A DNA stretch of 64,000 nt. It comes from Octopus vulgaris (Eukaryota). The position numbers were made by a program, and so were the translations under genes. Shown here in pieces: positions 29,823-43,952 of this stretch. The notes below the pieces were generated by a model. That model did not search any database. It was not told the DNA's origin and saw nothing but the letters and a program-made list of their open reading frames with translations. Every line of letters starts with the position of its first letter. The stretch's first letter is position 1. The DNA lies in NCBI GenBank assembly GCA_951406725.2, contig OX597822.1, forward strand, positions 45,136,001 through 45,200,000, given 5' to 3'.

Positions 29823-30052
29823 AAGGAGGCGAGCTGGCAGAAACGTTAGCACGCCGGGTGAAATGCTTAGCGGTGTTTCGTCTGTCTTTATGTTCTGAAT
29901 TCAAATTCCGCCGAGGTCGACTTTGCCTTAATCTATCTACCCCGAAAGGGGTAGATAAATTAAGTACCAATTGCGTACTGGGGTCGATCTAATCCACCGG
30001 CCCCCATCAAAAAAAAGTTTTTTCAGGCCTTGTGCATAGAGTAGAAACGAAT
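29823..30052 (+). mobile_element. SINE family B
   Basis: Intact head GGCGAGCTGGCAGAAACGTTAGCACGCCGGG through tail CAGGCCTTGTGC..AGAGTAGAAA. Confidence 0.85.
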
Positions 30053-30542
30053 ATAGTGGTTAGTTTACCGCTTTGCTCATCACTGTTGCTAGTAATAATA
30101 TACAGAGTATATGTTGATTTGTTGGACTCTGAAGGACCGAACATTGCAACGGTCGACAGTCTTGAATAAATCTGCACTGGAATGTCTACCATGAATGAAT
30201 ATTCACAGCAAATGAACCAACTAAATGTACGTAAATGCGACATCTAGAGAGGTAACATTTATGTAACAGAAACACGTGTCGGACTGAAATACAGTGTGAG
30301 TGTTACATGAAGAATACTGTAATAAAGAAATTATTCTTTATAATGTCTAAATTATGTACTCTGGATGCGGTATGAAATCCACAGAAGCGAACTCGGGATT
30401 TGCCTTTAGAGTGAAGTCAACGTTTAAGTTAAACAATTTTATGCTTTCCCTTCCATTCGATGTGGTAAGCCACCAGAGCCTGGATTACATGAGAGTACTA
30501 ATAGATACCTACCTAGATTCCAAATTACTATTCCTTTACGTT

Positions 30543-30583
<41 letters not shown>

Positions 30584-30636
30584 CATACACAAGCACACAG
30601 ATATATATATGGATGTATATATATATATAAACATGG

Positions 30637-30723
<87 letters not shown>

Positions 30724-30914
30724 AATAGACACTCAACACATTTAGTAGCAGTTATTTGTATTATTTTAAAGTGTTTGATTTGGTTTCCGTGCTACTTCAA
30801 GTTTCGCAGATACCTATGGAACCCGTCTCTATTGGGTTTCTGCAATAACCGCATGGAAATGTCCAAGAAGTCACCGGAGGCCGAATATCAGACTGTTTTA
30901 AATAATATACATAT

Positions 30915-30981
30915 ACTATAGCCCCGGTCCGACCAAGCCCTGTAAGTGGATTTAGTAGACGGAAACTGAAAGAAGCCCGTC

Positions 30982-31027
<46 letters not shown>

Positions 31028-31254
31028 TAGTGTATATGTTCGTGCGTCTGTTTTTGTCCCTTCAACATCGCTTAACAACCGATGCTGGTGTGTTTACGTC
31101 CCCATAACTTAGCAGTCCGGCGAAAGAGACCGATAGAATAAGTACTAGGCTTGCAAAGAATAAGTCCTGGGGTCGATTTGCTCGACTAAAGGCGGTGATC
31201 CAGCATGGCCACAGTCAAATGACTGAAACCAGTAAAAGAGTTAAAGATTAAAGA

Positions 31255-31255
<1 letters not shown>
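30915..31255 (+). mobile_element. SINE family A, 5'-truncated
   Basis: GTGGATTTAGTAGACGGAAACTGAAAGAAGCCCGTCG through CAGTCAAATGACTGAAAC..TAAAAGAG. Confidence 0.85.
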
Positions 31256-31314
<59 letters not shown>

Positions 31315-31316
<2 letters not shown>

Positions 31317-32582
31317 TAGTAAACTCACCCGTCCTTTGGACGGTTTAAGTTGCTCTCGTGGTATTTTTTTCACCAAATAATTTAACTACCGAGAAGGTTT
31401 ACGTGTAGCATGGCAATATTTTTCCGATTAACCCAGGAACGAAAATCAAATTGAAAGCTGGTTATTGTGGAGGTTGTTGCACTTTGATTATCATAGAACA
31501 TATAAGTTTGCAAGCGATGTAGAGTAGAGCTACTGAAGTGTTTTGGGAGTAGTTTACGGATAATGACTACAAAATATAGTTGTTTTACATGAAAGCGAAA
31601 TTTCTTGTCAGAAACAGCCACATAAATGGTGTAAGGAAATTGAAGGAAGATGTTGAAGCTTCCCCTCTGCGAGTTTATTTTTTTCAACAGCAAAGGGAGC
31701 TATTTTTTCGGAGAGAAAAGCTAACAAAAGCCCTTTTATTCTATCTTCCCACATAGCGTGCACATAAACGAACAGTGAATGCTGCATAAAGTTAAATTGG
31801 TATGGAGCTTCCTGAAAGATACGTATAGCTTTTGCTAGTGGAAGCAAAACTCTTATTTAAAGGTTAATTCTTTGGGACGAATCATATGTGAGTGTTTAAA
31901 AAATGATAGAATGACAACGCTAAAACTTATTTGAAACAATGGACAGCAGTCGAAATATCATAATGGCTGGGTAAAAAAGAATCTTTAAAGTGAAACAGCG
32001 GTATCAAAGGTAAAAAAAAAGTATCAACAATCAGAATAGAGGGAAGGGAACATTACTTTTCAAGTAACTTAGAATAGGTAAAGGTAAGCTTGCCAAAGTT
32101 TAATGCAGTTTCAATATGTAGATTAAGATAGTTTGGTATTGGGTATTCATCATGTATAGTTTTCCTAGTCAACTGAATCACCGTCGTAAGGGGACAGCAG
32201 AAATAAGTAGACGAAATCCTTTCACTTTTATAAAAAGATTAAAAAGAAAATGGGGGCAAAAAGCACTGGTTTTTTCACAATGAAAAATCGTTTCCTCGTA
32301 GCCGGAATTTCGCGACAAAATATATGTTTATTAAGCACAACAGCCTGCAGTGCATGCCGCTGGGCATTAGAAGCTAATCGCACAAACCTTGAATCGATAA
32401 AAAAATCCCTCTTTTTGCCTTGGCAACCACATCTTTATAGATTGCGAATTTTAACCATCGCGGGTCTCATCCTCACCATGTATTTAGTATCCCTGCCAAT
32501 TTTCAGCTCGATCCTAGCCTCGGTTTGGCCGCTATTAACCGTCAAAGCAAAATGTGCATACAATTTCGTCCAAGGACTGTTA
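31315..32582 (+). mobile_element. Possible non-autonomous Helitron/Helentron-like element
   Basis: Starts ACTAG..ACCCGTCC..GGACGG hairpin after (TA)n; 3' region CCAATTTTCAGCTCGATCC..CGGTTTGG then (TA)n; only very weak helicase-like trace near 31745-31825. Confidence 0.35.
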
Positions 32583-32600
32583 TATATATATATATATATA

Positions 32601-32833
32601 CAGTATTTCCTCGCCATATTGCGGTTCACTTATCGTGGTTCACCTATCGCAGTTCACCTGTCGCGGTTTATTATTTAAGCTTACGTTGATTCCTTCGTCG
32701 TGTTCTTTTACATTTATAAATATATACAAATTATAAAAATATGTACTCTGCAGTAGTGTTTCTACTTCGCGGATTTTCACCTATCACGGGAGGGTTTTGG
32801 AACGTAACACCCGTGATAAACGAGGGTTTACTG
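32601..32833. mobile_element. Tigger/pogo-like MITE
   Basis: TA-flanked termini CAGTATTTCCTCG / CGAGGGTTTACTG with subterminal TCACCTATCGC-type repeats. Confidence 0.7.
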
Positions 32834-33467
32834 TATATATTTAAGTTGAACATGGAAAATTAGTTTCTTGCTAATAAAACGAGCTTAGTCACTAGAAAGA
32901 AGTCAAAATGCTAGGCGTTCCAGGAAAAACTTTAAATAAAACAGCCTTTTGCTAATGAAAGGCTTTAGAACGACTGGGTTATATATATCAGCCAAAGTTA
33001 TAAGCCTTTACATGGTAGCTACATCTGCTAGAAATAGCAGCCTTATCTTCATTAAATTACAACCTCAAGTTTTAGAAGTAATATGAAATAATATATTATT
33101 ACGACTGAAATTTTACAACCGCAACTTATAAGTTCTCCATTTGGGTTCTCATGCGATTACAATATTTGTGATTAATCAGTTTGATTCTTTAAAATATGCA
33201 ATCAAAATCCGCCCATTAACAATAGCTGAACATTATACGCATGACTCGTTAAGGGTTACCGATTTTCAGACATCAGCGTAGATAAATATATGTGAAATTC
33301 TTCGACTATGTCCATCAACGATTTATGAGTGGGCAGAAAATGTCTACGTCTGCTAGCGACAGCACAACAAAACGACGGAGCGTGCTACCAAGTCACTCTC
33401 AGTTCGAATAACGGCGTTTTAATCTACAGTATAATGTAATATAACATAATATATTATAAACACACAC

Positions 33468-33536
<69 letters not shown>

Positions 33537-33563
33537 GTGTATATATGTGTATATATATGTATG

Positions 33564-33644
<81 letters not shown>

Positions 33645-33800
33645 TGAAATAAAAAAAAGAATAAATACCAAAACTCAAAAATACCAATGTTTCCTGCATT
33701 CCTTATATTTATACGTATGTATACATACATACATATACACACATATACATACATGCATATACATACATATACATACATTTATATACACACATACTTATAT

Positions 33801-33849
<49 letters not shown>

Positions 33850-33992
33850 TATATGTGTGTGAGTGCGCGTGCGCATGTATGTACACACATATATATATAT
33901 ATACACACACACATACATATATATAAGCACACACAAACATACACACACATACGCACATACGCATACGCACAGTGTAGTGGATGAAGTATTTA

Positions 33993-34024
<32 letters not shown>

Positions 34025-34139
34025 AATACAACAGAAGGATATAAAATGCCTTTTTGTAACTTCAGTAAAGGAGAGCGATACAATTATTTATTAGAGTTGA
34101 TAATGGGTGATTTATGACTCTGGCTGTTAATACTCTCCT

Positions 34140-34930
34140 TATTGTTGATGTTAATGTTGATGGTGGTTGTGGTGGCGGTGGCAGTGGTGGTGGTGATGGT
34201 GGTAGTAGTGATGGTAGTGGTGGCAGTGATGGCAGTCGTCGTCGTCATGGTCGTGGTGGTGACGGGGTCATTTTTGTGCTGATGGTGAATGGGTGATGGT
34301 GGTGATGGTGGTCGTCATGGTGGTGCCGGCGGTGGCTGTAGTGATGGCGGTAGTGGTGACGATGGTAGTGTTCATGGGGTATAAGTGATGGTGGTGGTGG
34401 GGATGATGGTTGTGTTAGTGGGTTGTAGGAGCTGACGGTGGTGTTGATGGTAATGGTGATGAGAATGCCGGTGTTGATGGTGGTGATGGTGATGGCTAGG
34501 CTGGTGTTAATGGTAGCGGTGGTGGCACTGACATTGTAGGTGATGGCGGTGCTAGTGGGGGTAGTGGTGTTGGTTGTGGCTGTGGTTGTGGTGGTGGTGG
34601 TGGTGGTAGTGGTGTTGGTGATGGTATTTTTGGTGTTACTACTCCTGGTGAGGTTAGTGTTGCTGCTGCTGCTGCTGGTAGAATTCCTGCTAGTGGTTGT
34701 ACAGGTGATATTGGTGATGGTGGTGGCGCTGGTAGTAGAGGTAGTAGGGATAGGGGTGGTATAGAGGAGGCAGGGGTGAGAAATAGCAATATTAATCAGT
34801 ATAGCGTTAGCAATTGAGTAGATGATCGTAATAATGCTTACAGTATAGTCAAGGAAGACGGTGTCGGTGGTGGTGGTGGTTGTGGTGAGGTAGTGTTGTC
34901 AGTGGTAATAGTTAAGGTGGTAGTGCCGTT
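34140..34930. repeat. Degenerate (GGT)/(GAT)/(GTT) low-complexity tract
   Basis: Composition; source of the Pro-rich and Val-rich spurious ORFs. Confidence 0.85.
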
Positions 34931-35058
34931 AGTAGTAGCACCAATGTGCCAAAGTTTGGAGATAACTAACGAACAGTAGGAACAATTTTACGACCTCTTT
35001 CTTATCTCGAACAGGATACCTAATATTAAAAGTGTGTGTATATACGTACATATATATA

Positions 35059-35089
<31 letters not shown>

Positions 35090-35116
35090 GTGTGTGTGTG
35101 TATATATATATATATT

Positions 35117-35153
<37 letters not shown>

Positions 35154-35280
35154 ATATATATATATATGTCTGTATGTATTTATATATGTGTCCACATATG
35201 TACCTGCATATATAAACGCATCTCTATATATTCATGGATGTATACATACATATATATATATTTATACATATGTATATGCA

Positions 35281-35325
<45 letters not shown>

Positions 35326-35604
35326 GAATAGATATGTATTTATATATATATACTTGTATACATGTATATACACACATCAATATATATATGCGGATGTAAA
35401 TATATATGTGCATATATGCATATATGTATATAAACATATATGTACGTATATACATATAAATATATAAAGTATTTAGATATATATATAGTGTGTGTGTGTT
35501 TATAACTATATATGCATGTACACATATAAGTACATATATATATATATATATACATACACTCACACACATATACATTAATATATTCCTATATAATTACACG
35601 CATG

Positions 35605-35649
<45 letters not shown>

Positions 35650-36470
35650 ATAATTATTTGTCTGCATGTATGTCGGTTTAAATCATAATTAATGTTATAT
35701 AATGGACATAGGTGAGACTGTTAACGTGTCGAAGAAACAATAAACCATGGAAGTCTTTCACAGAACATGGAACACGGAACCTGCTAGAAGAAAGAAATAG
35801 AGCAACAAGGGCCCTTTTGGTTGTGTACAACTAACATTAAAACTGATCTAAAGCAAACAGCCGATATTTAAACACGGTGATAGCACCTCGCCCTCTTCAC
35901 TCTCATCCTAATGTATTTTTCTCTCGTTAGCATCCGCCACCAGGCCTCTTATCTCGGTTTTCGCGTTTTGCTTTTTGGTTTTTTCTTATAAAATACGAGA
36001 GGAGATTTATGCGGTGAAAACAAGGCCGTTAGTGTGTAAATTAAGTGTGCGTGTAGGAGAGAGAGGAAGAGGGTGTGTGTGTATGTGTGTGTATATGTGT
36101 GTAAGTGTGTGTGTATATGTGTGTAAGTCTGTGTTGTGTTTGTGCAATGTGAGCGGTGTGTGTATATGTGTGTGTATGAGTGTTTCTCGGTGGATAAGCG
36201 CATACATCTAATTGTGTTTGTCAGCCCGTGTGTATGGTTAATGATGTATATGTGTGATAGAAGTTTATCACGATTTTGTTTTTGTTTTTTTGCATTGTAT
36301 ACATGCATGCATTTTTACACATGTAGACATTTACAAATATACATGTGAATGTGTGTGTGTATGGGTGCGTGCGTTTTACATATCTTTACATTATATACAT
36401 ACATATATCGACGCATATTTACACATTCACACATTCATTCTATTTGTACATATATTCACTCCGATATACA

Positions 36471-36569
<99 letters not shown>

Positions 36570-36627
36570 GTGTTTATGTTTGTATATATATATGTATATA
36601 TACATATATACATATATATATATACAA

Positions 36628-36756
<129 letters not shown>

Positions 36757-36978
36757 CGTATCTACGTATATACATACATACATTTATACATACCCGCATA
36801 CACAGATGTAAATGAACAAAAGAAAAAAGTACGCAAACGCATTTCATAGAAAATGTATGTGTGTGTGTTTGTGTGCCTGTGTCTGTGTGTGCATGTGTCT
36901 ACATACATTACTTACGCGTTCACACACACTCATTTACAGAAACACATATACATTTCATTCGTATGTACATTTACATAT

Positions 36979-37040
<62 letters not shown>

Positions 37041-37071
37041 GTATGTATATATATGTATATATATATATAAA

Positions 37072-37585
37072 CTTTTTTACTTGTTTCAGTCATTTGACTG
37101 TGGCCATGCTGGAGCACCACCTTTAGTCGAGCAAATCGACCCCAGGACTTATTCTTTGTAAGCTTAGTACTTATTCTATCGGTCTCTTTTGCCGGACCGC
37201 TAGGTTACGGGGACGTAAACACACCAGCATCGGTTGTCAAGCAATGTTGCGGGAACAAACACAGATACAGAAGCATATACACACTCACATACACATACAC
37301 ACACACACACACATATATATATGTATGTATATATATGTATATATATATATATATGTATGTATATAAATATATATATATATATATATGTATATATATTTAT
37401 ATATATATATATACATATATATGACGGGCTTCTTTCAATTCTCGTCTACCAAATCCACTCACAAGGCCTTGGTCGGCCCGAGGCTATAGTAGAAGACACT
37501 TGCCCAAGGTGCCACGCAATGGGACCAAACCCGGAACCATGTGGTTCGTAAGCAAGCTACTTACCAAACAACCACTCCTACGCCT
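37072..37585 (-). mobile_element. Full-length SINE family A with an expanded internal microsatellite
   Basis: Colinear with 28453-28859. Confidence 0.9.
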
Positions 37586-38044
37586 ATATATATATATATG
37601 CATTTTACAAATGCATAATCTACACATACTTTTTAATCCTGACTACAGACATTTATACATAGATATGCTTATTAATCATATATACGTATGCGATTCTGTA
37701 TTTAGTTAAGGAACGTTCCCTCTCGAACCCAAACAGCGCTGATTCGATCATAGTTTGCGTGCCCTTGGTCATATGTTGTCTACGGTAATTCCGACTCGAC
37801 CAATGACTTATGAGCAGCTGCGTAGATAGAGTATGTTACGCCCGGGGCAGCCCTTGCATTCCCTCTACCCATCCCTTTGACATGCTTATATTGCAGACCT
37901 GAAACTGTTGCACTTATAAAAGCGTCACTCGGAGCGAACTCCCCCTTGCGGCCCCTTTAGTTACGTTATTGCTTGTGATAGGAATTTAGTGAATGTAAAT
38001 TGTGCAGTGGAGGCGCATGGCCTAGTACTTAGGGTGTTGCATGA

Positions 38045-38285
38045 ACTGCTTTTTTCCTGCCTGCCACAACTTTGACCTTGTACCCAGTACTCAGAAGACG
38101 GAGGTCATGCGCTAACATGCACCGGAGAAGCCGTATGTAGAGGAGAGACTGTTTTAAAGTGAATTGGTGGAAGGCAAGTGCATGCAGCGGGGAGAGGCAA
38201 AAGCGCTTCCAGGGCACACCCAATGCCACACTGAAGAGCTTTGAAATCAACTCTGACAGCCGAGAAAAGCAAACACAAGACCATC
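38045..38285 (+). pseudogene. Decayed RTE-type ORF2 C-terminal fragment between a SINE-C head (38009-38044) and a SINE-B body (38287-38412)
   Basis: Manual translation ..GGHAL..; RLF*SELVEGK..; GERQKRFQGTPNATLKSFEI..QD resembles RLFYGEL..GKR..GGQKKRFKD.LK.SLK.F. Confidence 0.55.
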
Positions 38286-38589
38286 CTGCTTTGCCTTTCA
38301 TCCTTTCGGGGTCGATAAATTAAGTACCAAGTTGCGTACTGGGGTCGAGCTACTTGACTGCCCAACCTCCACTCACCCCAAAATTCGAGCCTTGTGCCTA
38401 GAGTAGAAAAGAATATTCATATACATGAAGACATTGCTTTGTAGTTAAGAAACTTGTTTTACAGCGACGTAGTTTCGAATTCGCTCCCACTGCGTGGCAC
38501 CTTGGGCAAGAGTCTTCTACTATAGACTCAGGCTGACTTTGTGAGTGATTTGGCGTACGAAAACTGTCTGAAAGCCCGCCGTGCATATA

Positions 38590-38681
<92 letters not shown>

Positions 38682-38698
38682 TATATATAGATAGATAG

Positions 38699-38768
<70 letters not shown>

Positions 38769-39072
38769 ATAGATATACAGATATATATATATATATATAT
38801 ATAAATGGATGCATGTATATTTAAATATATACAAACATGCATACATACATACATATACTGAACTGCTCGCTTAGTCAGCGGGGTAGCATCATTCGGAAGC
38901 TAAAACGATGCAAAGCACATTCTGACCAGCGATGTATGACAACATCCGATAGTTTGATCGATCACGTGATCAAGTAAAATATATGTGTATGTGTGTGTGC
39001 GCGCGCGTTGTGTGTCTGTGTGTGTCTGTGTGTATGTATGTATGTATACATGTATATAGATAGATAGATAGA

Positions 39073-39106
<34 letters not shown>

Positions 39107-39198
39107 CATGAATAGTTAAATAGATAGGTAGGTAGGTAGGTAGGTAGGTAGGTAGGTAGGTAGGTAGGTAGGTAGGTGGGTAGGTAGGTAAGTAGATC

Positions 39199-39287
<89 letters not shown>

Positions 39288-39546
39288 GTAGATAGATAGG
39301 TTCTTGCGTGTCTGCATCATTCTTTTTTAATGTATGTGTTCTACCATCGCTTGTCGACAACGGCTGACTCGTGTCCGTTCTCGTAACCTAGCGGTTCGAC
39401 AAGAGAAAACAACTAGAATCAGTAGACGACTGAAAATAATAGGCATACATACTTAATTCGATTAAAACCTTCAAGGCGGTGCTCCAGCATGACCGCTGCC
39501 CAATGACTGTAACAAGTAAACGGTAAAGGAAACCTGTCCACTTTAC

Positions 39547-39586
39547 CTAATGCATTGAATTGTACGTTCGTTAATGTTTCCGCCAT
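39547..39586 (-). CDS. Candidate first coding segment (MAETLTNVQFNAL) of an exon spanning 39547-39838
   Basis: CTTGTTTCTAG acceptor at 39839, AAACATGGCG Kozak-like start, AG|GTAAAG donor; unique non-repeat sequence; no homology recognised. Confidence 0.3.
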
Positions 39587-40064
39587 GTTTAATTTATATC
39601 TAAATATATATTTTACAACCCTCGCATTATATTATATACACTCACAAGTGTACACATGCTGTGCTCCGCTTTTATCTTTTTTTTATTAGAGGACATTCAC
39701 GTTTCCTTGGGAGTTCTTTGATATGCTGTTGGGGAACAATAAAATTCCTCGGTTCATCGATGTTGCTAAACCTTCTCCGTCTTATCTTTCTGAATGAAAT
39801 GGTTGTTAGCGATACAGCTTTTAAAATAACGCCGTTCCCTAGAAACAAGCACAGATGCACTCGTACATACACATACATCTACAGGCACTCACACACATAC
39901 ACACACACACATACACACATGCGTGCACGCACATACTCACATACATACGCATATCTATATAAGCACGCGTTAGTGCACACGAAAACATTGTTCCTATTTA
40001 GCTACAGTTGAAGTCTGGTCGAACTGACCTTTGTTCAAAGACAGACATACAGACATACAGACAT

Positions 40065-40162
<98 letters not shown>

Positions 40163-40334
40163 GGTTATGTGATCCAAGGCGATCTAGGTGCGACCATCAC
40201 ACCTCAAAAGTGATATCCAGGACTAACCCAATACAACCTTCCTTGTTAGAGATTTTAGGTTCGATTCGAGCTTTTACTATATGTGTGTATGTGTGTGTCG
40301 TGGGGGTGAGTATATATATATATACATGTGTATG

Positions 40335-40369
<35 letters not shown>

Positions 40370-40394
40370 ATATATATATGTGTATGTATGTTTG

Positions 40395-40428
<34 letters not shown>

Positions 40429-40482
40429 TGCTCCAGCATGGCCGCAGTCAAATGACTGAAACAAGTAAAAGAGAGTAAAAGA

Positions 40483-40525
<43 letters not shown>

Positions 40526-40715
40526 GTTTACGATACTCTATGATTGGAACCCACACACATGGTACAGGAAACTTATACATACACCATTCTGCTTAAATAA
40601 TGGAACTGCATATTCAATATCCTTACGTATCTTACGTCTGTTTTCATTCCTCCACTTCACTCTGTATTTCATATCTTCTCTATAATAACTATTACTTAAA
40701 CATTTTCTTGCACCG

Positions 40716-40761
40716 TATCTGATGAAGGGATATATAAAATATCCCGGAAACAGTTGTAAGA
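40716..40761 (+). ncRNA. Type-I hammerhead ribozyme motif in a pLTR-like remnant
   Basis: CTGATGA-A-GGGATAT/ATATCCC-G-GAAA-CAGTTG-TA^AGA; intact core, 7-bp stem II, weak stem I. Confidence 0.7.
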
Positions 40762-41028
40762 ACTTCTATTTATAAATGTTTTGAAAACAATTCACAGACT
40801 TGGATTTTTTATCTCATTCTGTTAATTTTTATATATATCCTTGGTAATATACGACCTAAGTTGGACTCCTAATTCTTATTATCGAACCTGGAGCTTAACT
40901 ATATATAATCTGTCCATAGCACTTCCTCAGCATTACCTGACATTTTTGGGTCTTCTTGACACCAATAACTCTCATACCCCCTATATATAAATATATATGC
41001 ATCTATATAGTATGTGTATATATGTGTG

Positions 41029-41059
<31 letters not shown>

Positions 41060-41082
41060 GTATATGAATGTATGTATATATG

Positions 41083-41160
<78 letters not shown>

Positions 41161-41244
41161 CATGTATATATGTATATATATATATATATATGTGCATGTA
41201 TATATGTATATATATGTGTGTCTATGTATACATACATATATATA

Positions 41245-41290
<46 letters not shown>

Positions 41291-41295
<5 letters not shown>

Positions 41296-41462
41296 GTAAA
41301 TGTAAACTCCGAGTTTCGGACGCCGAGGTGGAAATCCACGCCGCCATCTCTTCGGTTATCCGGCCATCGGAAAAAATCAAAAATCCGATGGCCGGATAAC
41401 TGAAGAGGCGGCAGCGTGGATCTCCACCCCGGCATCCGAAACTCATAACACATTCACAGATA
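41291..41462. repeat. GC-rich fold-back carrying a hammerhead-like motif in both arms
   Basis: Arms 41291-41371/41384-41462; CTGAAGA at 41400, extended stem II, CGAAACTC at 41437; the left arm supplies GAAACTCGGAGT on the minus strand. Confidence 0.75.
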
Positions 41463-41553
41463 AATTCCTCTATTTACATAATATCGAGGTCTCTTTCTTT
41501 CTTTTGTTGTCTTACCATTTCTATCAATATATATATATATATATATATATATA

Positions 41554-41691
41554 CTTTATTTTAAGCAGCAGAAAATTCAACAAAATCTGTTACTCTGAGT
41601 TTCTCGTTGCCGTTCATCAACTGTCTGATGAACGGCAACGAGAAACTCAGAGTAACAGATTTTGTTGAATTTTCTGCTGCTTAAAATAAAG
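41554..41691. repeat. Perfect 66-bp inverted repeat with a 6-nt loop; the element continues to about 41762 between (TA)n tracts
   Basis: 41554-41619 is the reverse complement of 41626-41691. Confidence 0.95.
41621..41658 (+). ncRNA. Minimal type-I hammerhead ribozyme, best-preserved copy
   Basis: CTGT-CTGATGA-A-CG-GCAA-CG-A-GAAA-CTCAGAG-TA^ACAG; perfect stem I, GNRA-capped stem II, near-palindromic stem III, GUA triplet with predicted cut after 41654. Confidence 0.8.
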
Positions 41692-41760
41692 CATATTACC
41701 CTACCACTGGTATTTGAGTACTCTTTTTTCCACCTTGTTTCACATTTATGTGTTTACTCC

Positions 41761-41814
<54 letters not shown>

Positions 41815-42231
41815 CTCTACAAGACTTATAAGTATAAAGAGAAGAATTTGAAAATGTACTTTAAGAAATTTATACAATTACTTGACCGCTTTCCCAATTC
41901 TCATGATTTTTTCACTGTAGTGAAATACGGTAAGTCCTGGAGCTAGAGCGAATTCTAAATTTTTAATGGGTGTTAATCCCTGATTACGTATATGACAGTT
42001 CTTCAATGTTGATGGACAGAGCCACCAAGCGTGAATTCAGGCAGCCAGCCAGCTATCTTTTGACAGCTGGCACACTCAATCAAATATAGAGGTCAGACAC
42101 TTTGTTAATCTATGATTAACGGCCATTAAAAATTTAGGATAAGGTATCGTTCCAGGACTGTTTATATTTTATTGGTTTTGAAAGCCACAAGAACTGGGAA
42201 AACGGTCAAGCCATTGTGAAGACATTTTGTT

Positions 42232-42441
42232 ATTCTTTTATTTGTTTCAGTCATTTGACTGCGGCCATGCTGGAGCACCACCTTTAGTCGAGCAATTCGA
42301 CCCCAGGACTTATTCTTTGTAAGCCTAGTACTTATTCTATCGGTCTCTTATGCCGAACCGCTAGTTTACGGGGACATAAACACGCCAGCATCGGTTGTCA
42401 AGTGATTTTGGGAGGGCAAACATTAATACACAAACATATAC

Positions 42442-42486
<45 letters not shown>

Positions 42487-42487
42487 C

Positions 42488-42579
<92 letters not shown>

Positions 42580-43589
42580 GATGAGCTTCTTTCAGTTTCC
42601 GTCTACCAAATCCACTCACAAGGCTTTGGTCGGCCCGAGGCTTTAGTAGAAGACACTTGCCCAAGATGCCACGCAGTGTGACTGAACCTGGAACCATGTG
42701 GTTCGTAAGCAAGCTACTTACCACACAGCCACTCCTGTTAAGTATATTTTCAAATACTTTATTCTTGTGTATTCTTTCATTCTTTTACTTGTTTCGGTCA
42801 TTTGACTTCGGCCATGCTGGAGCACCGCCTTGAAGGGCTTAAGTCGAGCAATTCGACCACATGACTTATTTCTTTTTAAAGCCTGGTACTGGTACTTATT
42901 CTATCTGTCTCTTTTGCAGAACTGCTAACTTATGGAGACGTAAACACACCAGCACCGGTTGTTAAGTAGCAGTAGTGGGGAAAACACACACACACACACA
43001 CACATGATAATGATTCTCAACCATTTTGTCCCTATTACGGCCCTTTCATTCTTACTTTACTCAAATAAACCGTCACTGTCAATCGATGTTTAAAAATTCC
43101 TGTTACATTTTTATAATTAAACACTTCTTAGGAACTGTATTCAAAATACGTGTTAAAATATTAAGTGTATTGTAGAAGTATTACTGCACATAAATTTTAA
43201 CAACATAATCTTTAGGGACCCCGAAAGATCATCAAGACCCGGGTTGAGCATCGCTAATGTACGTATCTGGCTGTGAAGAAACTCCCGTCGCATTTTTGCC
43301 ATTGACCACTGGAGTATATGTTCTCCATATTTACAGTTAAGCCAAGCATTAATTTTTGCATTCCAACGTTTTATTGTTTTATTCTTTTATTTGTTTCAGT
43401 CATCTGACTGCGGCCATGCTGGAGCACCGCCTCTTTAGTCGAACAAATCGACTCCAGGACTTATTCTTTGTAAGCCTAGTACTTATTCTATAGGTCACTT
43501 TTTGCCAAACCGCTAAGTGACGGGGACGTAAACACACCAACATCGGTTGTCAAGCGATGGTGGGAGGAAAAACACAGTCACACAAACAT

Positions 43590-43638
<49 letters not shown>

Positions 43639-43775
43639 CGACGGGCTTCTTTCAGTTTCCGTCTACCAAATCCACTCACAGGGCTTTGGTCGACCTGAGG
43701 CTATAGTAGAAGACACTTACCCAAGGTGCCACGGAGTGAGACTGAACCCGGAACCATGTGGTTGGTAAGCAAGCA
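42232..43775 (-). mobile_element. Cluster of SINE family A copies (42232-42737, 42780-43000, 43382-43775) with a hAT-like MITE remnant (about 43005-43256)
   Basis: Each copy is colinear with 28453-28859. Confidence 0.85.
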
Positions 43776-43952
43776 TTTGTCGTGTTTTTTTTTTCTTAGC
43801 TGGTTACTTTAAACTAAATTGGTTAAATTCGTGTCGATTTTTACTTCCTTAAAATAAGTTTAGAGCACAACCATATCAGACACTGTATTCTGTATGAATT
43901 CAAAAGAGGCTCTTCAGCTGTGGGAGCGGCAGTAAATACAACTGTAGTTGAA

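Noticed and set aside
34496-34789. Proline-rich protein
   Set aside because: Reverse translation of a degenerate (GGT)n tract.
37834-38008. Solo LTR (TGTTACG start, TATAAAA)
   Set aside because: No CA end, polyadenylation signal, target-site duplication or second copy seen.
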